DNA from: an uncultured Candidatus Binatia bacterium
GTDB taxonomy: Bacteria > Desulfobacterota > Binatia > Bin18
Assembly: GCA_965200965.1 (NCBI GenBank)
Contig: OZ241744.1
Span: 96,001-160,000 of the forward strand
Reading direction: 5' to 3'
DNA length: 64,000 bases
A program made the translations under genes and the position numbers. The notes beneath the pieces are model-generated. The model ran no database searches. It was not told the DNA's origin and worked only from the letters and a program-made list of their open reading frames with translations. Positions 28,110 to 35,869 of the stretch are shown piece by piece (position 1 is the first letter of the stretch; the number at the start of each line of letters is the position of its first letter).

Positions 28110-29105
28110 TTAAAACGAGACAAACGAGACCGCCCGTCGCCAGCCGGCGGTTTCCCACCGTCGCCCGTTTGTTTCCAGTAACATGCCTTCTACGTCGGAC
28201 AGACGCTCTAACAGCGCTGTCCCCTCTGATTCGCCGAGAATCAAAAATGCCGTGCTCAAGGCTTCGGCTTTGGCGGCGCTGGGGGCGACAATACAGGCCA
28301 GCAGATCGCGCTGAACAGGCCGTCCGTTGCGGGGATCAATGATATGGCCATGGGAGTGGCCTCCAACAGGAAAGCTGTGGCCCAGACTGCCTGAAACCGA
28401 AAGCGCCTGATTGCGCAGGGTGACGGTCCCCGCGCTTGCGCCGTTTGGCAGTCGGATGAGGAGCCGCCAGCCGTCTGCCTTGGGCGGTGCTCCCAAGGCC
28501 CACTGGCTGCTCTGGCCAAAATTGAGCAGGGCGTGCTCGACCCGCTGCGCCCTGAGCAGGGCGGCCATGCGGTCAAGGGCGAACCCCTTGCCAATGCCCC
28601 CGAGGTCCAGCGCCATGTCTGTGTCAGTCAGGGCAGCCGTGCCCTGTGGAGAGAGGACGATCTTGTGGCTGCCAACCCGGCTGAGGGTCTGTTGGACCGT
28701 ACCGGGGGAGGGCGGGCGGTGTGCGCTCTTCCATAAGGCCATGAGCGGACCGACGGTAATATCAAAGGTGCCGCGGGTCAGCTCCCAGTAGCGAATGGAG
28801 GCGGACAGCGCGTCCATGACCTCGGCGGGAACGGGCATTGGACCCTGACCGGCGGTGGCGTTGAGGCGGCTGACCGGGCTGTTGGGCGTATAGGTCGTCA
28901 ACAGCCGCTCCAGACGAGCAGCGGTCTCAAACAGGCTGTCGCTGCTGCGGCGGGTATGGGCGGGGTCGGCTCCGCACAGGGTGAGCTGCAAGACCGTGCC
29001 CATGATGTAGCGGCCGTCAATTACGCACGACAGCGGCAGGGCAGCGCTCGGCAGGCTCAGCAGGAGGACACAGCCGATGATGGGCAGGGACAGGCGTGGC
29101 GTCAT
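28110..29105 (-). CDS. apbE: FAD:protein FMN transferase (flavinylase)
   Basis: MGT, SRLN, GTFDITVGPL..LW, LDLGGIGKG, HIIDP; ATGA overlap with the upstream gene. Confidence 0.92.
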   Translation of the reverse strand: MTPRLSLPIIGCVLLLSLPSAALPLSCVIDGRYIMGTVLQLTLCGADPAHTRRSSDSLFETAARLERLLTTYTPNSPVSRLNATAGQGPMPVPAEVMDALSASIRYWELTRGTFDITVGPLMALWKSAHRPPSPGTVQQTLSRVGSHKIVLSPQGTAALTDTDMALDLGGIGKGFALDRMAALLRAQRVEHALLNFGQSSQWALGAPPKADGWRLLIRLPNGASAGTVTLRNQALSVSGSLGHSFPVGGHSHGHIIDPRNGRPVQRDLLACIVAPSAAKAEALSTAFLILGESEGTALLERLSDVEGMLLETNGRRWETAGWRRAVSFVSF

Positions 29106-29683
29106 CCTCGTACTCGGCTCCTTCCAGACCGACTTCCGCCGTGGGCGGCTGTGTCGGGCGTCGGTCGGTGCCTCGCAGCCTGCCCGCGATCCTTGCCGTA
29201 CTGGGCTTGAGACCCGGCAAAAACGGCCCACAGGGCAACAACGATCAGCGCGGCAAGGCTGACTTCCAAGGCCACAAAGCCGGCAATTTTCAGATAGGCA
29301 AACAGCGGGTGGACAAAGCGCACTAGCCAGCCGCTGCCCTCGTCAAGCAGGGCGGCGGTAAACGGAATGATGATAAACCCGGCTTTGGTATTCGAGCTGA
29401 GCGGCACGAACAGCATGAGATGGGTCAGGGTCAGGAGAAGCAGCCCCATGGCAAACAAGTGAAAATGGGACACTTCCAGCATGCCCTGATAGCTGCGGGG
29501 CTGCAAAAAACGTTCTTCCGACCCCAGATAATACTCCGTCACCGAAACATAGCTCAGGTCCATCTTCTGGAAATACAGCAGGGCGTTGGTCAGCCACAGG
29601 CCGGCCACATAGATGACAAAGAGGACGATGATGAGCTGCAGCAGCCGGTTTTTGGACCACTCGCCGGTAATCACAAAACGCAC
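29102..29683 (-). CDS. 4-TM His-containing membrane protein of unknown function
   Basis: Hydrophobic segments; YYLG.EE.F..PRSY.GMLEVSHFHLF..LTH; translationally coupled to apbE. Confidence 0.75.
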   Translation of the reverse strand: MRFVITGEWSKNRLLQLIIVLFVIYVAGLWLTNALLYFQKMDLSYVSVTEYYLGSEERFLQPRSYQGMLEVSHFHLFAMGLLLLTLTHLMLFVPLSSNTKAGFIIIPFTAALLDEGSGWLVRFVHPLFAYLKIAGFVALEVSLAALIVVALWAVFAGSQAQYGKDRGQAARHRPTPDTAAHGGSRSGRSRVRG

Positions 29684-29684
29684 G

Positions 29685-30209
29685 CTAGTGTTGCTCCTGA
29701 ATCAAGACCTCAAAAAGGGCCAGGACTTTGCGCACGCCTTGGGTCGCGGCCTGGGCTGTCAGCGTGGAGCCCATGATGCCGTGGATATCGCGCCGCAGGC
29801 GTAACGAAGGCGTCAAGTGTTTCTGATCAAACTGCTCCAGCCACCGCTCTGAGGGCAGGTATTCGGCCGGCTCATAAAAGGCCAGGACCAGGAGTTTTTG
29901 CAGGGTACCGTCGGGTGACACCACTATCAGAAAGGTTTCCGGAAAGGTCCGCACAATATGGGTCTCAATAAAGGCGTAGCCCTGCACAACATCGGACGTA
30001 TGGCCGATGTGAAAGGTGGCCAGCTTGGAGTTGACCGCGGTCTGCGCCAGGGCCTCAACCCGCTCAATCTGCTGCGGGGTGAGAAAGAAGGTTTGCGTCT
30101 CAATGCGGTCGGCCGTGGGAAATGCCACCTGGAGTGCCTCTGCCCTGGAATAAAAAACCTGGGCCTCAATGCAGGTGGCACCACCCAGCAGCAGCACCAT
30201 GCACAGCAT
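29685..30209 (-). CDS. secreted FMN-binding (flavinylation substrate) protein
   Basis: Signal peptide; AFYEP.EYLP..RWL.QF, HGIMGSTLT resembling the Dxx(S/T)GA(T/S) flavinylation site. Confidence 0.78.
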   Translation of the reverse strand: MLCMVLLLGGATCIEAQVFYSRAEALQVAFPTADRIETQTFFLTPQQIERVEALAQTAVNSKLATFHIGHTSDVVQGYAFIETHIVRTFPETFLIVVSPDGTLQKLLVLAFYEPAEYLPSERWLEQFDQKHLTPSLRLRRDIHGIMGSTLTAQAATQGVRKVLALFEVLIQEQH

Positions 30210-30216
30210 GGACTGC

Positions 30217-31662
30217 CTAGAAAACAAAGCCCACGCCAAAGTTCACCTCGTCTTCGCGCTCGTGGCTGTTCTCCACCGTATCGAAGTTCCGATAGTCCAC
30301 CTTGAGCACGACATTGGGATGGGGTTTATAGCTGATGCCGGTGGTCCAGATGCGGTGCTCGTAGCGACCCTTGGCATCCCAGTCACCGGCCATCTCGGCG
30401 TGCTGGTCAATATAGGAGAAGCGCAAAAAGGGCGACAATTGCTGTTGGGTGTCGCCCAGGACCCACGGCATGATGTCGTAGGCCGCCTCTGTATAGAAGC
30501 CGTACATCTCCTTGGCGATCTTGCCGCCCCCCCCGATCCGGTTGAGTGTGTCCGAGTCCTCCAGATGGGACATGGCGAACAGCGCCCGCAGGTCCAGCCC
30601 TTGCCAACTGTACATGGCATGCAGGTCCCAGATGGTCAGGCGCGCGCCAGGCAGATTGACCTTGCCACAGCTCCCGTCTACGCACTCGAAGTACTGACTA
30701 TCGTGGCTTGACTTGCCAGTGTAGACCGAGCCGCCAACCTTGAGGTTCAGCATGGGTGTATAGTCCAGCCGCGCGGCAAGGGCGATGTCCTCGGCCATGG
30801 CTTCGCCGCCCTTCTGACGTGTGCTGCGCAAATGCTCCTTCAGGTTGAGCGAGGGGCTGGTCACGCAGTTGCCGTTCTCGTCTGGCATACACGAAGACGT
30901 GTTGCTCGTTGCGCCTTCAAGCGCATTCATGGCGTAGAGGCGATATTCCAGACCGGGCAGCAGTTCGCCGAACACCCCGATACCGTTCTCACGCCAAGTT
31001 GAGGGGATGATGCGCCGCTCGACCTCGGGTCGCTCCACCCCGTTGAAGAACACGGGTTCGTGCAACTCGTTGACGATACCCAGCGGGGCGAGCAACATGC
31101 CGGCGCGGAAGTTGGCCCACTTCCACATCAGGAAATCAATGTAGGCAAACTCGACCGAGACCGAGCCGCCGGTGCTGGTTGAGGCGTGCTCAAACTCCAA
31201 CTCGGCGTTCAGAATGATACGGTCGGTAAACTTATAGCCCGTGTAGAGCACAAAGCGCAGATAGTCGGTCGTGTCACGGTCGCTGCGCGTCTTATCACTC
31301 ACATCCTTGCGGTAAAAGGCCTCACCATAGCCGCCGATCGACAAGCCCCGCTCGACACCATAAATCTTGGAGGCCGCCGGTCCCAGGCCGTACACGCTGT
31401 CTTCCAGGGTCAGCGGCTCGAAGTCGGGCACGGTCAGGCTGGTGCGGAGGCTTTCAAACTCCTCGGCCAGCAGGCTGGTACGCCGGGCCGCTTCTTCTTG
31501 CTCTTTTTTCCGCTCTTCTTTGAGAGCGGTCAGTTCTTCCTGCATCTGTCGCATCTGCTGTTCAAGCTGTTGGATGCGGCCGTCATCGACCGCCTCGGCC
31601 AAACGGGAAGTCCCTGTTATGCACATGAGCGTCGCCAGGGCGACTGCCAACTTTCGTACCAT
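30217..31662 (-). CDS. outer-membrane porin-like beta-barrel
   Basis: Signal peptide, coiled coil, SIGGYGE, ELEFEH, VEFAYIDF, NELHEP, C-terminal GVGFVF; AAGGAG RBS. Confidence 0.82.
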   Translation of the reverse strand: MVRKLAVALATLMCITGTSRLAEAVDDGRIQQLEQQMRQMQEELTALKEERKKEQEEAARRTSLLAEEFESLRTSLTVPDFEPLTLEDSVYGLGPAASKIYGVERGLSIGGYGEAFYRKDVSDKTRSDRDTTDYLRFVLYTGYKFTDRIILNAELEFEHASTSTGGSVSVEFAYIDFLMWKWANFRAGMLLAPLGIVNELHEPVFFNGVERPEVERRIIPSTWRENGIGVFGELLPGLEYRLYAMNALEGATSNTSSCMPDENGNCVTSPSLNLKEHLRSTRQKGGEAMAEDIALAARLDYTPMLNLKVGGSVYTGKSSHDSQYFECVDGSCGKVNLPGARLTIWDLHAMYSWQGLDLRALFAMSHLEDSDTLNRIGGGGKIAKEMYGFYTEAAYDIMPWVLGDTQQQLSPFLRFSYIDQHAEMAGDWDAKGRYEHRIWTTGISYKPHPNVVLKVDYRNFDTVENSHEREDEVNFGVGFVF

Positions 31663-31699
31663 GCTCAAAACTCCTTCGGGTATGAGGTTCATCACAACA

Positions 31700-31727
31700 G
31701 GGCTCTGGGTTTGGTACCGCTGGCCTC
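31700..31727 (-). promoter_or_regulatory. repeated leader RNA motif, copy B (GAGGCCAGCGGT-ACCAA-ACCCAGAGCCC)
   Basis: 24/28 identical to 26970-26997; lies between the Com-like gene and the porin RBS. Confidence 0.7.
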
Positions 31728-31758
31728 TCGCACATCGATTCCATCATTCGCAGTCGGC

Positions 31759-31965
31759 TCAGTTTCCTCCTTTCTGGTCTGCTTGCCACTCAAGGGCCAC
31801 GTCATGCCACAGAGAGGCCGCGGTCCACGGAATGAGCACGATCCGTTTACAGCGTCGACATTTGAGTTCTACGCCGTTTGGACGCAGTCGCGCCAACAGA
31901 TTCCCGCAGCCGCAGCGGCTCTCTTGGGCATGGGTTGACAGGGAAGATGTCGCTTGGATTCCCAT
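31759..31965 (-). CDS. Mu Com-like zinc-ribbon protein, 68 aa
   Basis: RCGCGNLLAR....VELKCRRCKR matches the Com-family RCxxCxxLLA...EIKCxRC pattern; ATG immediately behind a Fur box. Confidence 0.7.
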   Translation of the reverse strand: MGIQATSSLSTHAQESRCGCGNLLARLRPNGVELKCRRCKRIVLIPWTAASLWHDVALEWQADQKGGN

Positions 31966-31971
31966 AGACGA

Positions 31972-31992
31972 AATTGAAAATCATTTTCAATT
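31972..31992. promoter_or_regulatory. Fur-like box
   Basis: Perfect palindrome AATTGAAAAT-C-ATTTTCAATT with adjacent minus-strand TTGACA and TATAAT hexamers. Confidence 0.82.
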
Positions 31993-32083
31993 ATATTTGT
32001 CAAGAGCGAGGGATAAAAAAGTCGTTGCGCGTCTCTGGCAGAAGCGGTAGTATTCCCGGAGTCAAATCCGAGCGAAACGTCAG

Positions 32084-32171
<88 letters not shown>

Positions 32172-32245
32172 TCCCCTCAGCCTTTCTCTCGGCGCTTGTC
32201 CTTCCCCGGTGGGTATGATAGGCGGAGAGCCTTCCCGCCTCCCAT

Positions 32246-32320
32246 GCGCCCTTAGCTCAGTCTGGATAGAGCGGCAGACTACGAATCTGTAGGTCGGAGG
32301 TTCGAATCCTCCAGGGCGCG
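32246..32320 (+). tRNA. tRNA-Arg(ACG)
   Basis: GCGCCCT acceptor stem, GCAGA-CT-ACG-AA-TCTGT, GTTCGAATCC; no encoded CCA. Confidence 0.94.
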
Positions 32321-32372
32321 TTTTTGAGCGAGCAGCGGCGCACGGGGAAACAACGGGCAGCAAAGGGGGCGA

Positions 32373-32798
32373 GTGCATGGCGGCCAACCAGCCCAAGGTC
32401 CACAGGAAGATGGATACGATACTGGAACAACCGAAATGATTTCCGTGAACTCAGACCCGCCGGGGGCAACGGTCACGTTTTCGCCTGGTGGAACCTGTAT
32501 CACCCCGTGCAACCAGGAGGTCAAGAAGAAAGAGGCTATTCACCTGACTATCCGCAAAGACGGATGCCGGACGCATACCATGTCTATGATTTCCACTATC
32601 TCCGGCTCCGGGGTTATCTTGGGCGGCTATATTGACTATGGCACAGGGGCAGTCTACCGACACCAACCTAAGCCGCTCTTCGTTCATCTTGATTGCGAGC
32701 CGCCCGCGCCGGCACCGGCTCCAACGGCTAGCCCGGTTCCTTCTCCGGCTCCGGCCGTGCAAAAGTTACGAGAAGCCGTTACCCCGGCTATCAAGTGA
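32373..32798 (+). CDS. PEGA-domain protein (N-terminal signal/lipobox missing; possibly degraded)
   Basis: GTTEMISVNSDPPGATV..CITPC...IRKDGC...IDYGTGAVY..P. Confidence 0.55.
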   Translation: MHGGQPAQGPQEDGYDTGTTEMISVNSDPPGATVTFSPGGTCITPCNQEVKKKEAIHLTIRKDGCRTHTMSMISTISGSGVILGGYIDYGTGAVYRHQPKPLFVHLDCEPPAPAPAPTASPVPSPAPAVQKLREAVTPAIK

Positions 32799-32853
32799 TT
32801 GTCTGAGCGATACCCCGCCCAGCACGGGCGGGTTCAGGAAGGAAGGAAAAACA

Positions 32854-33997
32854 ATGACCTCGCTAGCCTCGTTGGCCTTGGCGGTGTTGGCTCTGCTACT
32901 AAGTGGCAGCAACGCAGATGCACATGATTGTTCTAAACGTCTTGCCGGTTCTTTTGCCCCATGCAGCAGCCGGACTTGTAGAACCAGTTATGGGGGGGGG
33001 GACACTCGGGGATCTGCCACCCTCGTTACAACTATGACCGGGCCGCCGAGACGGAGCCCGGTTTTATGGTGTTCAAGGACTATCGGACAGCATTATGGAA
33101 CACTGCTAAGTCTGCGTCTGCTACATCAACATCACTACACACCCTACTCGGCTCTATCCCCGTGCCCAAGCTAAGCGACATTCGAGCTGAGGCGAACAAC
33201 CGATGCGAGGGGACTGTAACCGAGGAGTGGGTAAAACACAATGCTTACTGGGATAACGGACATTACTATGTTTATGAGGGCTGGAAACTCATGGCCGTTT
33301 GTGATGACCCTTCTTTCCGTTTTGCCATATGCCTGACCAACAATAACCGCAGATCGTTTCAGATAATGGGGTCTTCTCATTTTGCCCCCTGTGACATCCG
33401 CTATCATCCTCCTAACTATGATAGTAGGAGTCCCACCAGTTTCTTGCTCATTCCTCAGGAAGACCCCCCGCCACCAACGCCACCAACGCCAAGACATCCG
33501 CCCACTACCCCGAAGACCCCGAAGACCCCGAAGACCCCGAAGAGCCGGAGCCGGAGCCGACGGCTACGTCAACCCGGGCTTGGCTCGAAGTTCCTGCTAA
33601 CGGCTCATTCCAGAGCGGCATAGGGTTTGTCTCCGGCTGGGCATGCGAGGGTGAACGGATACAGATTATTATGAACGGCGGTCTGCACCTTCCGCCGGTA
33701 GCCCGGAATATCAGCCGCGGCGATACCGAAGCCGTATGCGGTGATAGAGAGAATGGCTTTATTCTCTTGTGGAACTGGAACTTGATGGGGGAAGGCCGGC
33801 ATACCGCCGAGCTCGTAGTAGACGGACGGACTATTCAGAGCACCACGTTCACCATTACCACCTTGGGCGAGGAGTTTGTCCGGGGAGCCGCGGGGGAGTG
33901 CTCTATCCCGGATTTTCCCAGCGTCGGAGAGACAGCCCGGTTCTTGTGGCAGGAACCCGTGCAAGGGCTTGTCCTGGTTCCAGACCCGACGGACTAA
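32854..33997 (+). pseudogene. secreted Cys-rich protein with a Pro-rich linker and C-terminal LE(N/V)P..SGIG domain, split by two frameshifts
   Basis: Signal-peptide ORF from 32854; shift at G10 (32992-33001) into the 33066 ORF; second shift near 33507 into PEDPEDPEDPEEPEPEP..LEVPANGSFQSGIGFVSGWACE, which continues as the 33671 ORF. Confidence 0.6.
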
Positions 33998-34050
33998 CCC
34001 CACTACCCGGCCCCGGCTCTACCCGGGGCCGGGTTCAGGAAGGACAAGGA

Positions 34051-34710
34051 ATGAAGAAGCGGCCGCTCACAATCACCATCAACTTAGGCAAGGTGAACCC
34101 CGCGGTGAAAGGTTTCCTCCGGGAAGCCGTGACCGAAATGGCAAAGGCGTTCAACAAGTCGGTGCACGAGCAGGTGGAACACACCCTTTTGTTGACCGAC
34201 GATCAAGAGGGCTTTCAAGGCCACACTCTAGCCCGGTTTCACCTCGAACAGCATCGACGGTGTATCGGGCTGGAAACGCCCAAGGATAACGCCGAGGGCG
34301 ACGAGGCGATTCTGCACTATATGCGTCTGCTCATGTTCCAGGCTCTCAAGAACGGGTTATCGCCCGACGAGACATTGGCGAAGGTGCAGGCATTCGTTCA
34401 AGAGCGGCGTTCAAGCCCGCCCATTATGGGGGATGCTCTGCCCAAGCTCATTGCTGATTTTCAAGATTTTGTCAGCAAGCAGCTAGCGGGCTGGCAACGT
34501 GACGGGTTCGACCCGGAGACGCACAAGATACCGCCCTATCAGATGGGCTTCAAAGACCATTGTGTGCTGATTTTGCACATGCAGAGGTATCTTGAACAAA
34601 CGGAGCGGCTCGGCTTCACGGCCGACGGTGCGGTGCAGCACATGCAGATGTATCTCGAAAAAGGGAATGCTCAGACCCCACCGACCGAAGAACACCCCAA
34701 GGGCCACTAG
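34051..34710 (+). CDS. hypothetical helical protein, 219 aa
   Basis: AGGA/AAGGA RBS plus ATG 34051; followed by a terminator. Confidence 0.6.
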   Translation: MKKRPLTITINLGKVNPAVKGFLREAVTEMAKAFNKSVHEQVEHTLLLTDDQEGFQGHTLARFHLEQHRRCIGLETPKDNAEGDEAILHYMRLLMFQALKNGLSPDETLAKVQAFVQERRSSPPIMGDALPKLIADFQDFVSKQLAGWQRDGFDPETHKIPPYQMGFKDHCVLILHMQRYLEQTERLGFTADGAVQHMQMYLEKGNAQTPPTEEHPKGH

Positions 34711-34770
34711 CCCGAAAATCACGCACAGGATGCCCTAGAACGGGCTAAAACCTGTTACCTCTACCCTACT

Positions 34771-34805
34771 TAGCCCTGGTCGGTAGCCCGGCTAGGGCTA
34801 TTTTT
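34771..34805 (+). terminator. intrinsic terminator
   Basis: TAGCCCTGGTCGG..CCGGCTAGGGCTA followed by T5. Confidence 0.7.
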
Positions 34806-34850
34806 ATAGCAAAAATCCTGCTAGTTGGCCGGGTTAGACGCCGAGAGGGG

Positions 34851-35110
34851 AAAAAAAAGCCGCCGGGCTGAACTTGTCAGAAAGCCCGACGGCCTAACCC
34901 CTACTCTAACCAAAAGAAAGGGTTTGCGTTGCATGAGCAGGATATCCCACACTCAGACCGCTGTCAACACCGAACGCCCGGAGAGGGCAAAAAAAGCCGC
35001 CGGGAAACCCTGCTAGGAAAACCCGACGGCTTAGAACCCTCTGCCCTGTAGGGGAAGAAAGGGATTGCTAATGAGCCTCACAACCAACTCTGCCCACACT
35101 GTCAACACCG
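34851..35110. repeat. two tandem ~135-bp units, each with a minus-strand TTGACA and a minus-strand terminator
   Basis: A-run+GCCGCCGGG..CCCGACGGC / AAGAAAGGG.TTGC..ATGAG / CCCACACT..CTGTCAACACCG, starting at 34851 and 34989. Confidence 0.7.
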
Positions 35111-35520
35111 CCGCCCAACCCTTCCAGCCCGACGAGTACATCCCCGGCTATGCCAGTAAACTCTTACGCCGGTCAGAGTATTTCTTTGCTCTCGGGATGC
35201 TGACAACGGGTTCAGCCTCATTCTTTCCTGGCCGGGCCAAGCTGGCCAAGGGCTTGGGGTGTTGTGAGCGGACAGTCAGCCGCGACGTGACACGCCTGGA
35301 AGCCCTCGGCTACTTCCAACGACGAGGGCAAGACTGCCCCCGGTTTGGGCAATGGGGCGGGATGCTCATTTTACCCAGGCCGAAAATGTGGGGGCTGATA
35401 GCCGACAAGAAGGCGACCCTCTTGCACCCGGAGCGCGTTGGCAGGATTGGTGAGTCGGAAATCAGCCTGGCAGGCGGCAATGAAAGCGCGGGCCATGTCC
35501 CAAAGCGACCGCCAGCCTGA
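35071..35520 (+). CDS. winged HTH protein resembling a plasmid/phage replication-initiator N-terminus (possibly truncated)
   Basis: FFPGRAKLAKGLGCCERTVSRDVTRLEALGYF. Confidence 0.6.
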   Translation: MSLTTNSAHTVNTAAQPFQPDEYIPGYASKLLRRSEYFFALGMLTTGSASFFPGRAKLAKGLGCCERTVSRDVTRLEALGYFQRRGQDCPRFGQWGGMLILPRPKMWGLIADKKATLLHPERVGRIGESEISLAGGNESAGHVPKRPPA

Positions 35521-35869
35521 AGCCGTGCAAAAGCCGGGTTTTGCTCCAGCTGGGCGGAAAGGCCAGGGGCTTTCAGCAAGGAAATCGTTCCCAGCCGCGG
35601 GGCACGCCGGAGCAGTGCCTCGGCCGGGAGAGGCAGGTGCTGCGGTTGCTGGCGGCTGATGGGCTTCACTGGAAGGGCTGGCTGGGTCTGCACCGGGGCC
35701 GCCTGGAAGCGGGGTTCGCTACAGGCGAGCAACGAAAAAGAGAGCGCTCCCGCGCCACCCGGAACGGCTGGCCAAACGAGGCGAAACGGCGGAGAGACAT
35801 GGGCGTTTTCCCGAGTGCGTGTCGGACAGACGTGGAGACAGGATGGACGGGCCACAATTCCTCCTGCCC

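Noticed and set aside
33769-34050. N-terminal 94 aa of the 313-aa ORF call
   Set aside because: Overlaps the LEVP-domain ORF in another frame; the RBS-supported start is ATG 34051
32321-35865. Intact prophage or integrative element at tRNA-Arg
   Set aside because: No integrase, structural genes or att duplication found; kept only as a possible remnant
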